Source of the DNA: Eledone cirrhosa
Lineage: Eukaryota
Assembly (NCBI GenBank): GCA_964016885.1
Contig: OZ024743.1
Location: forward strand, 161,696,001 to 161,760,000
Length of the DNA stretch: 64,000 nucleotides
Reading direction: 5' to 3'
The notes under the pieces are model-generated. The model was not told the origin of the DNA, searched no databases, and worked only from the letters and a program-made list of their open reading frames with translations. This document shows positions 29,798-43,649 of the stretch, piece after piece. Position 1 is the first letter of the stretch. Each line of letters begins with the position of its first letter. A program made the translations under genes and the position numbers.

Positions 29798-32700
29798 TCA
29801 TCATCATCATCATCATCATCATCACCGTTTTACGTCCGTTCTTCCACGCTAGCATGGGTTAGACGGGTTGTCCTGTTGTGGGCAGTGTCTGGTCGGCTGA
29901 CCATGCCTTGCTCATACAGGAACTGATCTGGCTTGATTTCTACAGCTGGATGCCCTTCCTAACACCAACCTCATTTACAGTGAGTGCTGGGTGCTTTTTC
30001 GTGGCGCCTACACGTCCACTTTACAGTGTGGGCTGGGTGCTTTTTTTGCCGTGACACCTCCACGACCACCTTGCGGTGGGGGGGGGGGGGGCATATTGTT
30101 TATATGCTTCAGCATGTACCCATGGGAGGTCGGGTACCCTGTATTACTGCGTGACGCCAGAAGTCACGGTCGTGTGTCATTGACTTTGAGAGGTGTAGTT
30201 GGGTAAGGTCGGCTTTTATCACCTCATCCCAAGTCATCTTGGGTCTCCCCACTCCGCGGTTTCCATCAACTTCTAGTGCTCTGCACCTTTTTATGCAGCT
30301 GTCATCCTTCATACGCATCACATGTCCATACCAGCGTAACCGCCTCTCCTGCACGCAGCATTTGATTCCTCTTATGCTCAGTCTCTCTCTCAATTCATTT
30401 ATGCTTTGTCGTTCACGTATATTACTGTTACACATCCATCGGAGCATGCAGGCTTCGTTTCTCTCTAATCTACGTAAGTCTTCCACCTTCAGCGCCCAGG
30501 TCTCACTACCATGCAACATCGCTGTTCGGATACACGCATCATACAGTCTGCCTTTCATTCTGAGGGAGAAGCCTTTTGCAGCTAGCAGTGGTAGTAGTTC
30601 CCTAAACTTCTTCCATCCCGTTCTTACCCTAGTTATTGTACTTTCTGAGCACCCACCTCCGTTGCTAATTCGGTCACCTAGGTAGCAGAAGCTGTCTACT
30701 GTTTCTACAGGGCCCTCCCAGAGATTGGTGGTACTTGTTTCCTGTGGCTGTTTGCTTGCTGTTTCAGCACAGCTGCTGCATGTGAATCCTACATTCTTAA
30801 TTAAGCTTCCTGAGATCCCGCTACATCTCTTGTGTACCCATTGTTTGCATTTGGGGCAAAGAATGGAGTTCCTACCTACACCTTTCCTACATACTGAGCA
30901 AGGCCATTTCCCTGAGGGGATCTGGGTTCTGTTTTCTCGTCTACTTATAAGGACCTTAGTCTTTGTCATGTTGACTTTGAGGCCCTTTCTCTCTAGTCCC
31001 TGCTTCCAGGTTTGGAATTTATTCTCTAGTTCTACCATAGATTCAGCTATGAGTGCAAGGTCATCAGCATACAGGAGTTCCCATGGGCATCCGGTCTTAA
31101 ACTCCTCCGTTATTGCCTGCAGGACTATGATGAACAGGAGAGGGCTAAGAACAGAGCCCTGGTGGACCCCAACCTGTACGCTAAATTCCTCGCTATACTC
31201 ATTGCCAATCCTAACTTTGCTGACTGCTCCCCTATACATGGCTTGTACCGCTTTCACAAGCCATTCATCTACTCCTAGTTTTCTAAGAGCCCACCAGATT
31301 ACTGCACGTGGAACTCTGTCAAAGGCTTTCTCAAGGTCGACAAATGCCAAGTAGAGTGGCTTACTTTTAGCTAGGTACTTTTCCTGTAATTGCCTCACAA
31401 GGAAGAGCGCATCAGTGGTGCCTTTCCCTGGAACAAACCCAAATTGCATCTCGTCTATATTCACCCGGTCCCTAATCAGCTGTGCTATAACTCTTTCTGT
31501 TACTTTCATGACCTGGTCCATCAACTTTATACCTCTATAGTTTCCTCTATCTAGTGCATCGCCTTTACCTTTGTAGCAGTTGACAATGATGCTACTGCAC
31601 CAATCTTTTGGTATGGCCCCCTCTAGTATTACCTGGTTAACGATACGTGTGGTTATAGTGTGACCTACAGACCCAGATGCCTTCAGCATCTCGGCAGCTA
31701 TACCCGATGGACCGGTTGCCTTCCCTATCTTCATATCTCTGATTGCCTTACTTACTACGCTGCCGCTGACTTGTACTGCTGGTCCCTCTATAGGGTCTAC
31801 GTGGGGTAGGGTCTCTTCTTCCCATGCATTCTCCTCATTTAGTAATCTATCATAATGACTCTTCCATGCATCTTTCTTCTCAGCACTTGTGAGGGCAAGC
31901 TCACCTTTATCATTCCGGATACACTTCTCTCCAATGACATCACAACTATCTCTGACACACTGCCTCGCAATCTTGAATACCTCCTGTTTCTGGTCCTCAC
32001 GTTGTAAAACATGCTTGAATTTTCTATCCTCTGCTTCCCTCCTAGCTAAGTATACTTGTCGCCTAGCTTCCCTCTTGGTCTCTATGTAATGTACCCTGCT
32101 CCCCCCGTTCTTCCATTCTTTCCATGCCTGTCTCTTGGCCTTGACTGCTTCATCTACCTTATTGTTCCACCACCAAGTCACTCTCCTCCTGCTTGAGGTC
32201 TTACTCCAGCCACAAACCTCATCCGTCGCCTCTAGTAAGTTATTTTTTAGGAACTCCCAGTTCTCTTCTACGTTAAATGTCTCTATCTGTTCTTCTTTAC
32301 TGTCGTAGGCGTTGAGTAAAATATCTTTAAATCTGTTACTGGTTGAGGGGACTTTCAGCTTCCAGATCTTTCTTCTCCAGGTTGGCCTCTGTTTCAGGGC
32401 TCGTCTAGTTCTGACCGTGAGGTCGCTGACAACTAAGCTATGTTGGGATGTACATTCCTCACTAGGGAAGGCTTTTGTGTTTACGACCGTCCATCTGTCA
32501 CGTCCTCTGATGAGGATAAAATCTAACTGACTAGAGTGCTCCCCTGATCTATAGGTGATCAGGTGGTTGTCGGGTTTTTTAAAGTTTGTGTTACATATCG
32601 ACATGTCATTGGCGTCGCAGAATTCTAGAAGTCTGAATCCTTCCTCATTCCTTGTGCCAACTCCATGGCCTCCATGTACTCTATTGAAGCCGTCGCAGTG

Positions 32701-33237
32701 TTTACCTACGTGTCCGTTAAAATCTCCTGCAATGATTAAGAAGTCCTTGTCGTCTGTTAGAGCAGTAGTGTGTATTAGGGACTCGTAAAACCTATCCTTA
32801 AGTTCGTCTGGCAGCCCCGATTGGGGTGCGTAAGCTGATATTATTGTGGTAATTGTCTTATTCAGGACTAGTCTGAGTTTAATGATTCTTGCATTTACCC
32901 TGTACACTGAGATTACTTTATCTACCCACTTGTCAGCTAATAGTATACCTACACCACCCATCCCATCGTCATTTCCCACCCAGAAAAATTTGTAGCACTG
33001 GCTTTTTCCTACAAGGACTCTAGCAGACCCTCCTCTCCATCTAGTCTCTTGCACACAGCATACATCAACTTCCTTTCGCTCTAGCATTTCTACGATTTCT
33101 CCTGCTCTTCCTTTCATTGAGCCTACATTGATGGTACCAACTCGGAGTTTTGGGCATTTGTCGACACTCGTAGGGGAGGGTCTCTGGGTTGGCGCTTCAC
33201 GTGGGTGCTTGGTAGCTCGCAGATGCATATTTCATAT
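29798..33237 (-). mobile_element. RTE LINE (subfamily B) with intact ORF, 3' UTR and (GAT)n tail; 5' UTR lost at a TA tract
   Basis: (CAT)n at 29798-29823, 3' UTR 29827-30108, uninterrupted ORF. Confidence 0.95.
30109..33228 (-). CDS. RTE ORF: APE endonuclease, reverse transcriptase and Cys/His finger (1039 aa)
   Basis: APE motifs [32 protein letters not shown] and TSQH. RT motifs [31 protein letters not shown] and YADD. Also CxxC..CxxC..HxxC..CxxC and RRLRWYGHV. No stops. Confidence 0.93.
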   Translation of the reverse strand: MHLRATKHPREAPTQRPSPTSVDKCPKLRVGTINVGSMKGRAGEIVEMLERKEVDVCCVQETRWRGGSARVLVGKSQCYKFFWVGNDDGMGGVGILLADKWVDKVISVYRVNARIIKLRLVLNKTITTIISAYAPQSGLPDELKDRFYESLIHTTALTDDKDFLIIAGDFNGHVGKHCDGFNRVHGGHGVGTRNEEGFRLLEFCDANDMSICNTNFKKPDNHLITYRSGEHSSQLDFILIRGRDRWTVVNTKAFPSEECTSQHSLVVSDLTVRTRRALKQRPTWRRKIWKLKVPSTSNRFKDILLNAYDSKEEQIETFNVEENWEFLKNNLLEATDEVCGWSKTSSRRRVTWWWNNKVDEAVKAKRQAWKEWKNGGSRVHYIETKREARRQVYLARREAEDRKFKHVLQREDQKQEVFKIARQCVRDSCDVIGEKCIRNDKGELALTSAEKKDAWKSHYDRLLNEENAWEEETLPHVDPIEGPAVQVSGSVVSKAIRDMKIGKATGPSGIAAEMLKASGSVGHTITTRIVNQVILEGAIPKDWCSSIIVNCYKGKGDALDRGNYRGIKLMDQVMKVTERVIAQLIRDRVNIDEMQFGFVPGKGTTDALFLVRQLQEKYLAKSKPLYLAFVDLEKAFDRVPRAVIWWALRKLGVDEWLVKAVQAMYRGAVSKVRIGNEYSEEFSVQVGVHQGSVLSPLLFIIVLQAITEEFKTGCPWELLYADDLALIAESMVELENKFQTWKQGLERKGLKVNMTKTKVLISRRENRTQIPSGKWPCSVCRKGVGRNSILCPKCKQWVHKRCSGISGSLIKNVGFTCSSCAETASKQPQETSTTNLWEGPVETVDSFCYLGDRISNGGGCSESTITRVRTGWKKFRELLPLLAAKGFSLRMKGRLYDACIRTAMLHGSETWALKVEDLRRLERNEACMLRWMCNSNIRERQSINELRERLSIRGIKCCVQERRLRWYGHVMRMKDDSCIKRCRALEVDGNRGVGRPKMTWDEVIKADLTQLHLSKSMTHDRDFWRHAVIQGTRPPMGTC

Positions 33238-34180
<943 letters not shown>

Positions 34181-34183
<3 letters not shown>

Positions 34184-34535
34184 AAAAAGGGATGAAATCG
34201 AAAATGCAACTGAAGTCTTATTTTTTTTTTAAATATATATATTTATTTGGTTCCTTTACCGGTTTCGCAGTTCTTCTGCTTTTCAAAAGGTAAGTTGAGA
34301 TGGAGGGTCTGTGGTTTTTCTCACATGTGAGAAAAACCACAGACCCTCCATCTCAACTCACCTTTTGAAAAGCAGAAGAACTGCGAAACCGGTAAAGGAA
34401 CCAAATAAATATATATATTTTTTAAAAAAATAAGACTTCAGTTGCATTTTTGATTTCATCCCTTTTTCTTTATACTTCCACTCGTGTAGGACACCTCGGT
34501 TATTTTTCATTTTGTAAAAAAAACCTCACTTTCTA
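34181..34535. mobile_element. Penelope-like inverted pseudo-LTR remnant: 290-bp spacerless palindrome plus 3' extension
   Basis: Arms 34181-34325 and 34326-34470 (centre tcaca|tgtga) with few mismatches and no indels. Unpaired extension 34475-34535. Hammerhead in each arm; TA flanks. Confidence 0.75.
34361..34398 (+). ncRNA. Minimal hammerhead ribozyme, U3-A8 core variant (mirror copy on minus strand at 34253-34290)
   Basis: CCTT TTGAAAA GCAG aagaa CTGC GAAA CCGG TA AAGG. Stems I and II pair, stem III is the palindrome ACCGGT, and the triplet is GUA. Confidence 0.75.
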
Positions 34536-34615
<80 letters not shown>

Positions 34616-34618
<3 letters not shown>

Positions 34619-35114
34619 GAGGGTGACTTTGGACATCCTGCAGGACTAAAAATAAAACCTGTCACAGGGCAAAGGAGCTCTTAAGAGTCAATAGCCATCC
34701 AAAATAACCGGGAGAGATGACCCCTTAGCCCTTCAAGGCAGAATTCTAGAAGAAGGAAAACTCTGATATAACACCTGCAACCCTGATGGTATCCAATGAT
34801 GTTGACTTGTTCTTTTTTTTGCTAAATATCATCTTGGTTAAGAGAGTGGGACTGGCTTTGTGCAGTGCCTTTACTCACTATAAAAGCTTCACCGCACAGG
34901 CATTGCTTTATCTGGAGATCTCTCTGCACTTGTCGTCACATGGTACCATGGGCCCAGCACTACGTGTCAATAATTGTCACAAGTGTAGTGTTTGTACCAG
35001 AGTTTTCAAGTCGCTGGCTGAACTAAAAAGTCACACTCGTTCAGCGCATCGGTAGGGGTTCTCCTACATGGATATAAAGTAGTGGCCGTACTCGAAAACG
35101 AGTTGGCAGCCACC
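34616..35114 (+). mobile_element. Non-autonomous bipartite LINE derivative (RTE-like 5' UTR fused to a 3' end with a C2H2 finger remnant)
   Basis: Contains agaagaaggaaaactctgat (resembling an RTE 5' UTR) and ends in CSVC..FKSLAELKSHTRSAH* plus a short UTR. A second copy lies at 62885-63480. Confidence 0.65.
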
Positions 35115-35158
<44 letters not shown>

Positions 35159-35219
35159 ATATATATATATATATATGTGTGTATATATATGTGTGTGTAT
35201 ATATATATATATGTATATA

Positions 35220-36535
35220 CATGGTATGGACGATATTTGTTCGCAATTTTCAACTGCTAATTTTATGCAATTTTTTTTTACTTCCATTGTCACTCTTGTC
35301 TTCATGAAAACAGTGACTATATTTCCATTATTTATTTTAGGAATAATTGATTATGAATAATTTTGAACCTCCAAATTTGTGGAAGAGACACGGAGTTCTT
35401 CTTGGAATCCGCGCCAGGAGGACAAATAAGGACATTTCAGACTTTCTCAGTATCAGCAGGAGAATGGTGGAAAAGGTCAGAAAGGAATTGGAAGATTCAG
35501 GATTCGACTACGAAACAATATCAGAGAGGAAAACACATGATCGACGATCTGACGCCTTCAGAGCACCCGAGTTTGTCGCTGAAATTCAGGATATCATCAA
35601 CAATGAACCTAGCAAGTTGATGCGTGCCATTGCAAGGGAGAAAGGCGTGGATGAAAAGCTCATTAGGCTGGTGGTACATGAAGACATTCGCTACGTTTCA
35701 TACAAGATGAGGAAAGGACAATTTCTGTCAAAGGCGATGCAAGAGATGCAAGAAAAATGACTGAAGCACGCAAAGAAGCTGATCAACAAGTTGAAACACC
35801 CACTGGAGCCAGACATGCTGTGGTTTTTCTCCGACGAGAAAAACTTCTGCCAAGACCAGAAGATCAACTCCCAGAACAACAGGTGGCTCGCTGTCTCATC
35901 CAAAGACGTGCCCAGAGTCATGCAGACAAAGTTTCCAGCAACCACATTGGTCTTAGGTGTCGTCAGCAGTCAAGGTGACGTCATGCCACCTCACTTCTTC
36001 CCTGAGGGCCTCAAGCTGAACACCGATGGCTACATCCGCGTTCTGAGCGAGGTAGTAAAGCCCTGGATCGACCAGGTAGCTGCAGGTAGGCCATACGTGT
36101 GGCAGCAAGACTCAGCGCCCTGCCATACCAGGCAAAGGACCCAAGCCTGGCTGTCAGAGAACTTCGTCGACCACACTTCACCTGACATCTGGCCTCCCAG
36201 CTCGCCTGACTGCAACCCCCTCGGCTTCTTTGTGTGAGGCGCAGTGGAATGATACACCAACAGATCTAGCTGCAATACGAAAGACGATCTGAAGGCCAGG
36301 ATCACAAGTGCCTTTAGGGGCCTAAGTCGGGAGACAGTGACGAAGGCCTGTAGCCGGTTCCAAAGCCGTCTTGAGGCCGTCATCAAATCCAATGGCGGGG
36401 TTATCGAGTGAGATCGAAAGAACAAGTCATGAAGACAAACTGACCCAAGTTTGATAAATATATCTTAAAAAATAAAACTACTGTGTTATTTTTTCCTAGA
36501 CAGTCATCTTGCGAACAAATATCGTCCGCACCCTG
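35220..36535 (+). mobile_element. DD37D (maT) transposon, second inactive copy
   Basis: TIRs catggtatggacgatatttgttcgcaa and ttgcgaacaaatatcgtccgcaccctg, TA flanks. ORFs 35347-35760 and 35791-36237; third Asp mutated to Gly; stops present. Confidence 0.93.
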
Positions 36536-36547
36536 TATATATATGTG

Positions 36548-36618
<71 letters not shown>

Positions 36619-36625
36619 ATATATA

Positions 36626-36656
<31 letters not shown>

Positions 36657-36834
36657 GTCTGTGTTTGTATATATATGTGTGTGTGTGTGTGTGTATATAT
36701 GTGTGTGTATATATATACATGTCTGTGTGTTTGTATATATATGTGTGTGTGTGTATATATATACGTGTGTACATATATACGTGTGTATATATATACGTCT
36801 GTGTGTGTGTGTATACACATATATGTGTGTGTAA

Positions 36835-36876
<42 letters not shown>
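36536..36876. repeat. Compound (TG)n/(TA)n microsatellite
   Basis: Directly visible. Confidence 0.95.
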
Positions 36877-36879
<3 letters not shown>

Positions 36880-37539
36880 CTCAAATCTTCAGAGTTTCCC
36901 ACATCTGCTTTCCTGTTGGAATAAACATACCATCAATTAGGACACACAACCAGCCTGAACATATTTTTCGAATTATGAAATAGCATTAACACTAACTCTT
37001 CTGAACTTATATTCAATATGAACACATACATTTAGTTATACCTATAACACACAAACAATACTCACATATTGACTATGATTACATGCTTTTTGTTATACCA
37101 TATTGATTATTCTCATTTTTTCACTATAAAACGCATTGAACACTCCTTCTTTCAAATGATATAAATTGATATGTTTGACACATATATAATTTCACTAACT
37201 TATAATATATGATTTTTATTCAATCTTACTTCATCCCTAATTATAGCACCGAAAACTCCTCTCTACAAATATACTTAATATATTCATTGATATGTATGAA
37301 TATTTTTGAGTGCTAATGTATTAATGTATTTATTTTTCTCTATGGTTGAACTTACGTGTGTATGTCTATATATATATATATGTATTTATATGTACGTTAT
37401 ATTTTTTTGTATGTGCGGTTTTGTGTATATATATATACCCATATAATATGGGTGTGTGTGTATATATATATATGCATATATGGCCTATTTCACATATATG
37501 CATTTTGTTTAGATGTGGGTGTGTGCGTATATGTATATG

Positions 37540-37573
<34 letters not shown>

Positions 37574-37784
37574 TAAAGTAAGAATATTTTCGAAACGTCA
37601 ATACTCATCTTTTTCCATTTCTCCGGGGTTTCTTAGCCCCATTATCAGGCTAAATAATTTCTTTAATCAAAATACGGCGATAGCTTACATTTCTAATAAT
37701 ATATATATATATGTGCGGGTGTGTGTGTGTGTGTGTGTGTGCATGCATATGTGCGTGTGTTTGTGTGTGTGAGTGAGTGTTTTA

Positions 37785-38000
37785 GAAAATATATATTTTC
37801 ACTAACTCTGACAGTTGGCAGGTAAGCAGTATACTGTACTGATGAAGGGTAATCACCCAGAAAAAGTGTCTGCAGTTCTGTTTACATGCCAACACAAGAG
37901 CAAGAATGACAGTCATTCTACTGACATGGCTTAAAGAGGCTGTTTGCATAATTGCAAACGAATCGACTATTATTATTAATATTTGAAAAACTCAGATTAC
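37785..38000 (+). mobile_element. Diverged partial member (family 3) of the hammerhead retroelement group
   Basis: Colinear similarity to 46021-46230 (gaaaatatatattttc vs gaaagtatatactttc; actgacatggctta vs actgtacggctta). A long stem at 37814-37893 encloses a hammerhead. Confidence 0.65.
37833..37876 (+). ncRNA. Type I hammerhead motif with degenerate stem III
   Basis: ACTGTA CTGATGA A GGGT aatc ACCC A GAAA aagtg TC TGCAGT. Confidence 0.6.
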
Positions 38001-38228
38001 ATATATATATATATATATGAGTGAAGATAATACGGATCAGCTATACAGTGGGGTTTATTCCAAGTATTTGAAGCATTCACTGTGAAAAAATTAGAGTGCT
38101 GAGAGCAAGCCGTGCCGGCTTGCATATGAAAAGCATGGAATGATGAAAAATGGCCTTGTCCATGCATCATCCATTTAAAATTATCGCAGGTAGCAGATAA
38201 ATCAGAAGAAGTTTTACATAATTGAAAA

Positions 38229-38316
38229 GTTCTGATGAACTGAGATTTCTCACAGTACTCAAATTACTGTTATTACTGTTATTACTGTTATTACACAGCG
38301 AAACTGCAGTCGGAAC
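38229..38316 (+). ncRNA. Degenerate hammerhead-like motif with an expanded stem II
   Basis: CTGATGA at 38232-38238, CTG..CAG stem II containing short TTACTGTTA repeats, then GAAA CTGCAG TC. Stem I is weak. Confidence 0.4.
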
Positions 38317-40663
38317 ATCGAAGTAGATAGTTAAAAATTTCTTTCTCGTTTACCTTTCCTGAATATAATTTTATTAAACTCTGATAAATTGATTTTTATT
38401 AATTTCTTCATTGAGCAAAACTGGTATTGGTTGGACTCCCTCATATGTATGTCTATACTTGTGTATAAAAATATAGGGTCGATAAAATAAAGTACCAGTA
38501 ATGCACTGGGACAATTGCTGGCCTTGTGCCAAAAGTAGAAACAATTATTTATGAGTCAATAATTAAATAAAGTATCAGTCTAAGGTAGTAGATTAATGGA
38601 ATTGTTAGAACATCAGACAAGAAGCCTTTTGGCATAATTCTAGCTTTATACATTCTAAGTTCAAATCTCAATACAATAGGACTAGTGGTGCGCTAGTCCT
38701 ATCGTTACATTAAAACACCCAAGAATTCCCTGCATAATGCATTCCCATAGAGTTCTGATGAAAGTAGCTTCAGTGTGTGTTATCATACACAGACATACTA
38801 TGGCTTGTTCAGAGTTAACCTAACAGTTACTATACACAATCATTTGACACACCTGACCAGTACATCACAAATATTACCTGACCCACCTAGTTAGGTACAT
38901 CACAACCACAACCTGACCCACCTGGTAAGGTACATCACAACCACCACCTCCTCCACAAATCACTACCTGGGCCACTTTGTTAAGTACATCACAGCCACTT
39001 TCCAAACCCCCTGGTTAAAAAAGTTAAGTTTATGTCTATCCCAAATGACAAAGCTAATCAGGCCAGGGTTTATCCCAGTTTCATTAGTGTTAAACAACTG
39101 AGAGTAAAGAGTATGCAGCTTCGGAGATGAAACACCAATCCATCACAGGATTAAACTCAAGCTGCTACTAATACTAATTTCTTTCTTTCTTTTCGTCGCT
39201 GGCTGCAATATGAAATGAAGTGTTTTACTCAAGGATATAACATACCACTTGGTCTGGGAATACCCTGTATGTGTCCCCTAATACCTTAACCAATTAGACC
39301 ATGAACTTTTGAACTACCTGGTTAATACATCACAACCACTCTTTCACAAACAGTTACAACATACCACCCACTCAAACCACCTATTTACTACACTACCACC
39401 AGCCCACCACAAATAGTTCCCTACACATACATAATGTCACTTCCCAGTCTTAAAACAAGTGTTTATAGGAAACTAGCAGCACATTCCTGGTTCAATTTCA
39501 CAATTGGCACCAACAATACTACTATTACTACTACCACAACCATTAATATCACTATTACAACAGCTATATTTACACCCTTGTTGTTGCTGCCATATTTTCA
39601 TAACCTCCTACCTAACAAAATCCACTTTTAGAAATCTGTCTCTCTTATTTCCTTCCTAGCAGATTGACAACACTGTGACACATGCTTATATACATGTGTG
39701 TGTGTGGTGTGTGTGGTGTGTGGTGTGTGTGTGGGTGTGTGAGCAGTTCTCTTTTTTTTTATTACATAAAAAAAAAATCAAGTGGATGTGTTACTACTAA
39801 TTCTACCACCACCAACATAGAAAATATAGAAAGATAGTGAGGGAATGTGGTAAAGATATATAGAGAATGGAAAAACGTAAAATACAGAAACGTAAGAGAC
39901 AGATAGATATATAGAGAAAGGTATTCTGACAGTTGTGGGTTTTAATGATATTCATTATCGGCGAATCTTAGTGCACACACATGCATGTGTATATGTAAAG
40001 TAGCACTTTTTCTCATGAAAATACTACAAGCAAAAACCAGCATGCAACTTATTTACTCTCGTGTCTCGAATAATTGTCACCCCCACCCCATTATTAAATT
40101 TTACTTGCATATCACTGGTGAAATCTTAATTTAAGTGGTAGCATTCCTGCAACAATTATTTTCTTGAGACATTTAAAAACATTATATATGACAAAAAAAG
40201 AACATTACAAAAAATCCCACATGTTATAAAATAAATAGGATAGGTTGGGGTCTGAATATGTAAACTAACTGAGTAATTCTGGTTTCTAAAAGAAATCAAG
40301 AAAGACAACCTAGGAAAAATTACCAATTTTCCAAACCCCACCCCTATTATTTGGGACCCAAGAGTACTTCTTTTGTCACATTATGTCTCTTTGCCTTTCA
40401 TCCTTACGGGGTCGATAAAATAAAGCACCAGTAATACACTGGGGAAATTGCTGGCCTTGTGCCAAATGTAGAAACAATTATGTCTCACTGATTCAGCCAG
40501 AGAACTATGTTAGCCAGTTTGATACCAGCTTCACCAAAACCAGCTCTGATTCTACCTCAAAACCACCCATTTTAATTAGTTCCTATTTAAATTAAAATCT
40601 TCCAATATAATTTTATATAAGAACCATATGCACAAAACATATCCTCCCAAATCAGTGTAGTGA

Positions 40664-40707
<44 letters not shown>

Positions 40708-41942
40708 TAAGAAGGACAAGGAGACCAGGTTTGTCATGAATAAATCTTGGATAAAAAAAAATGCATCACATTTCTATTGAGTGTCATCACTAGAAGCTGA
40801 CATGGTCAGTTTTTCATTATACACTACACTTTTTGAGCTTGAAAGCTATGCTATTGAGTGTGAAGTAACTTGGTATGGAACATGGCCCAGCATCAATAAC
40901 AAGCTATAAACTAATGACTCAGTCAACAGCATTTCTCACTTATAAATATTAACTTATTTGATATGATCCCAGATTCACCCAGTATTATATACTAAATCAG
41001 CTTTAAATCAAACTAAATTCAAAACTGATACAATGAACTATTTTACTTGTTATTAGCATGTTGTCCAATTACTGCTATCTGTGCACCTAGGATATCCCTA
41101 ATCTAGTGTCTACTTAATGAACATTCTGTATATGCTTATTGCCTGTCTTTTGCTCAACAGTTGTTTGTCTATTGAATCAAAGAATACTTTGCCAAGATCA
41201 TAACCTTGTGCATGACCTGAATCATATCATATGTTCGTTTACAATAGCAGAACATATGAGTTTCAATTGCAGAGATTACTACAAACAAACTGAACAGAAG
41301 TCAGTCATAAAGCCTTTTTCCCAGTATTCCTTTCTTTTCAAAGCACACAAATTTATTCTATTATGAGAACTTGGTTTTGCAAACACAAACCACCACTACT
41401 GTCATTGAATTCTAGAATTTTACCATCACTGACACAAAAGGTTAAGAATCCTAAACTTGGTGCTATTTATTTTGGCAGTCATAAACAAGTCATTTTTAAA
41501 AATCTATTTTATTAATGATCACCAGTTCTCAGAGTAAGATTCAGTTATTTTCTTGGCAATATTTTTTTTTATTTGTTCCGTAATTAACCAAAAATAATTA
41601 AACAAAAAAATTGATTAATTAAAACAACAATTGTCATCCTTTGCTTTCAATGTCTTTGAAACTAAAACACTGCTTTTATCTCTATGAAATTCAATTTCAA
41701 TTAAAGATGAGTCTACCAAGCAAACCTGGAAGACTTCTGTAACATTGATAGTATTAATTGTTCTTGAATAAGATTATTTTTTAAACTATAGTCATCCAGT
41801 TTGTATCCAATTTAGAATTAGTACACCATATCCCTGAGTGCTGTAAGAAGCAACTAAGCAAGCTAATGTTAGGGGGGGGGGGCATCTGGCTGTAAAAGTC
41901 CCATTCAATCCATACTAGCATGAAAAAGTCAATGTAAAAACG

Positions 41943-42133
41943 ATAATTGTTTCTACTTTTGGCATAAGGCCAGCAATTACCCAGTGCATTTCTGGTACTT
42001 TATTTTATCAACCCCAGAAGGATGAAAGGCAAAATTAACCTCGGCAGGATTTGAACTCAGATCATACAGGGAGGAAACTCTATACTTCAAAGCATGGCGT
42101 CCGACCCTCTACCGATACTGCCAATCCACCGCC
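41943..42133 (-). mobile_element. Full-length tRNA/Nin-type SINE with a 15-bp target-site duplication
   Basis: TSD TGTAAAAACGATAAT at 41933-41947 and 42136-42150. The minus strand has a B box gagttcaaatcc and the Nin core gcctttcatccttctggggttgataaaataaagtaccag. Inserted in an old RTE-type tail. Confidence 0.85.
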
Positions 42134-43649
42134 TTTGTAAAAACGATAATGATGCTTAATTTTCATGTTTAAGAAGATGAAAGAGCTCAGCAATTAGAAG
42201 AGATAAAAGACAAATGGTATAAAACAAACTTAATTGTTTCAATACATGTTCATCATCATTTAAATAACAACATACAACAGACCACCTCTGGTTCTTTGAT
42301 ACACCTTTCATGTTTCATCTAAGAATCTTTTGTTAAGTTAGTATCGAAACAGCAATTTAATATATCAATAAGTGTGTGCGTGTGTGTACATATACATATT
42401 GAACATTGAAAATAAAACAAGTCAGAGATTGGTAGTTAATTAGTTCATTGTTTTATGACCGTTTCAGAGGGTTGATCGATTGTGGTAGATTGATATGTCA
42501 ATGAGCTGGTAGTGGTTAGGTTGCAACCTGCTTCTAGTCTTGAAATCCCTGATCAATTCAACCATCTGGTATTTTACTAAATCTCTCCATTTTTTTCTTT
42601 TTATTAAATGAAACACAAACTCTGTTAGAAATATGGTCGTAAAAAGCTAACACAACTTTTCAATCCCAAGTTAAACTGAGGAGATGCTAAAATAAATTTA
42701 TATAACAATAAAATAGCACCTTAAGGTTTATTACACCAGGAGTAAATACAGAAACTGAGATACCGCATGTGTGTTTGCAGGTGTGTACATGTATGAGGTG
42801 TAAATATGAAGAAGAATAGAATGGATGAGAGAGATTGTAAAAGAAAAGAAAACAAAGATAAAAGGATGAGTCAAGAGAAGAGAAAATGTATGAAAGTAGA
42901 AAAGCATTATTATAGCTAAGATAGCTGCTATAGGATGAGGATATGTGTCAGACTGACATTATATAAACCTAACATCATCTCTAACATTAGAAACATTTAT
43001 CTAATATTGATAAGGATTTACCTTCTCACTGTTATGAAATTACAAGTGAAAATCTTGTCCACCATATTACCTCTTTTGTCAGACCCACAAGACACAGTAA
43101 ACCTACATGCCCTTCCTTGCCAAAGGATGGTCGTAGGGCGATTTTTACAATGAACTTGGTTGAGAGCCAGATTTATCTTATATAACAAGTGTACAACCTA
43201 ATTTCAAGGATTATGTAAAGAATAAAGTGAAAATACCAGACACATTTCATGGTATAGTGGTCAAAATTAAAGTGGAGATAAATTAATTTTAGAGACTGTC
43301 TTTAGAAAACAATAATTTCTACTTTTCAAGATTATGTAGATGAAAATGGTAATACTTCCCCTTTCCCCAAATTGTCATTCTTTTTGTGTACTTTCATTCC
43401 AGCTGTTTTACCTCTAAAAGGTTTGTACCCTTTAGTAGCAGCCTGTGCAAAACCACCTTTTGGTCTATGAAACACAACCACCCATTTTAAAGGGTTCCTA
43501 TTTAAATTAAAATCTTCCCATATATAATTTGACTTTTTTTTATGTTATGAATACCATCTTTTTTTTTTCTTTGCTCACCCCAATTAAGGCAATAAAGCCA
43601 CTAAAATGCAAAGAGTTACTGAAAAAGGAGAAAGAACATAATTCATGAG

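Noticed and set aside
30239-32788. Plus-strand ORFs of 66-209 aa overlapping RTE copies
   Set aside because: These are antisense shadows of the RTE coding frame and recur in every copy.
34786-35055. Host C2H2 zinc-finger gene exon
   Set aside because: It is a single finger inside a dispersed repeat whose second copy (62885-63480) is frameshifted. It is better explained as a LINE C-terminal remnant.
36880-37330. Penelope GIY-YIG C-terminal remnant
   Set aside because: There is only a faint LLE..IRTHN.SLN-like trace needing frameshifts, which is not supportable without an alignment.
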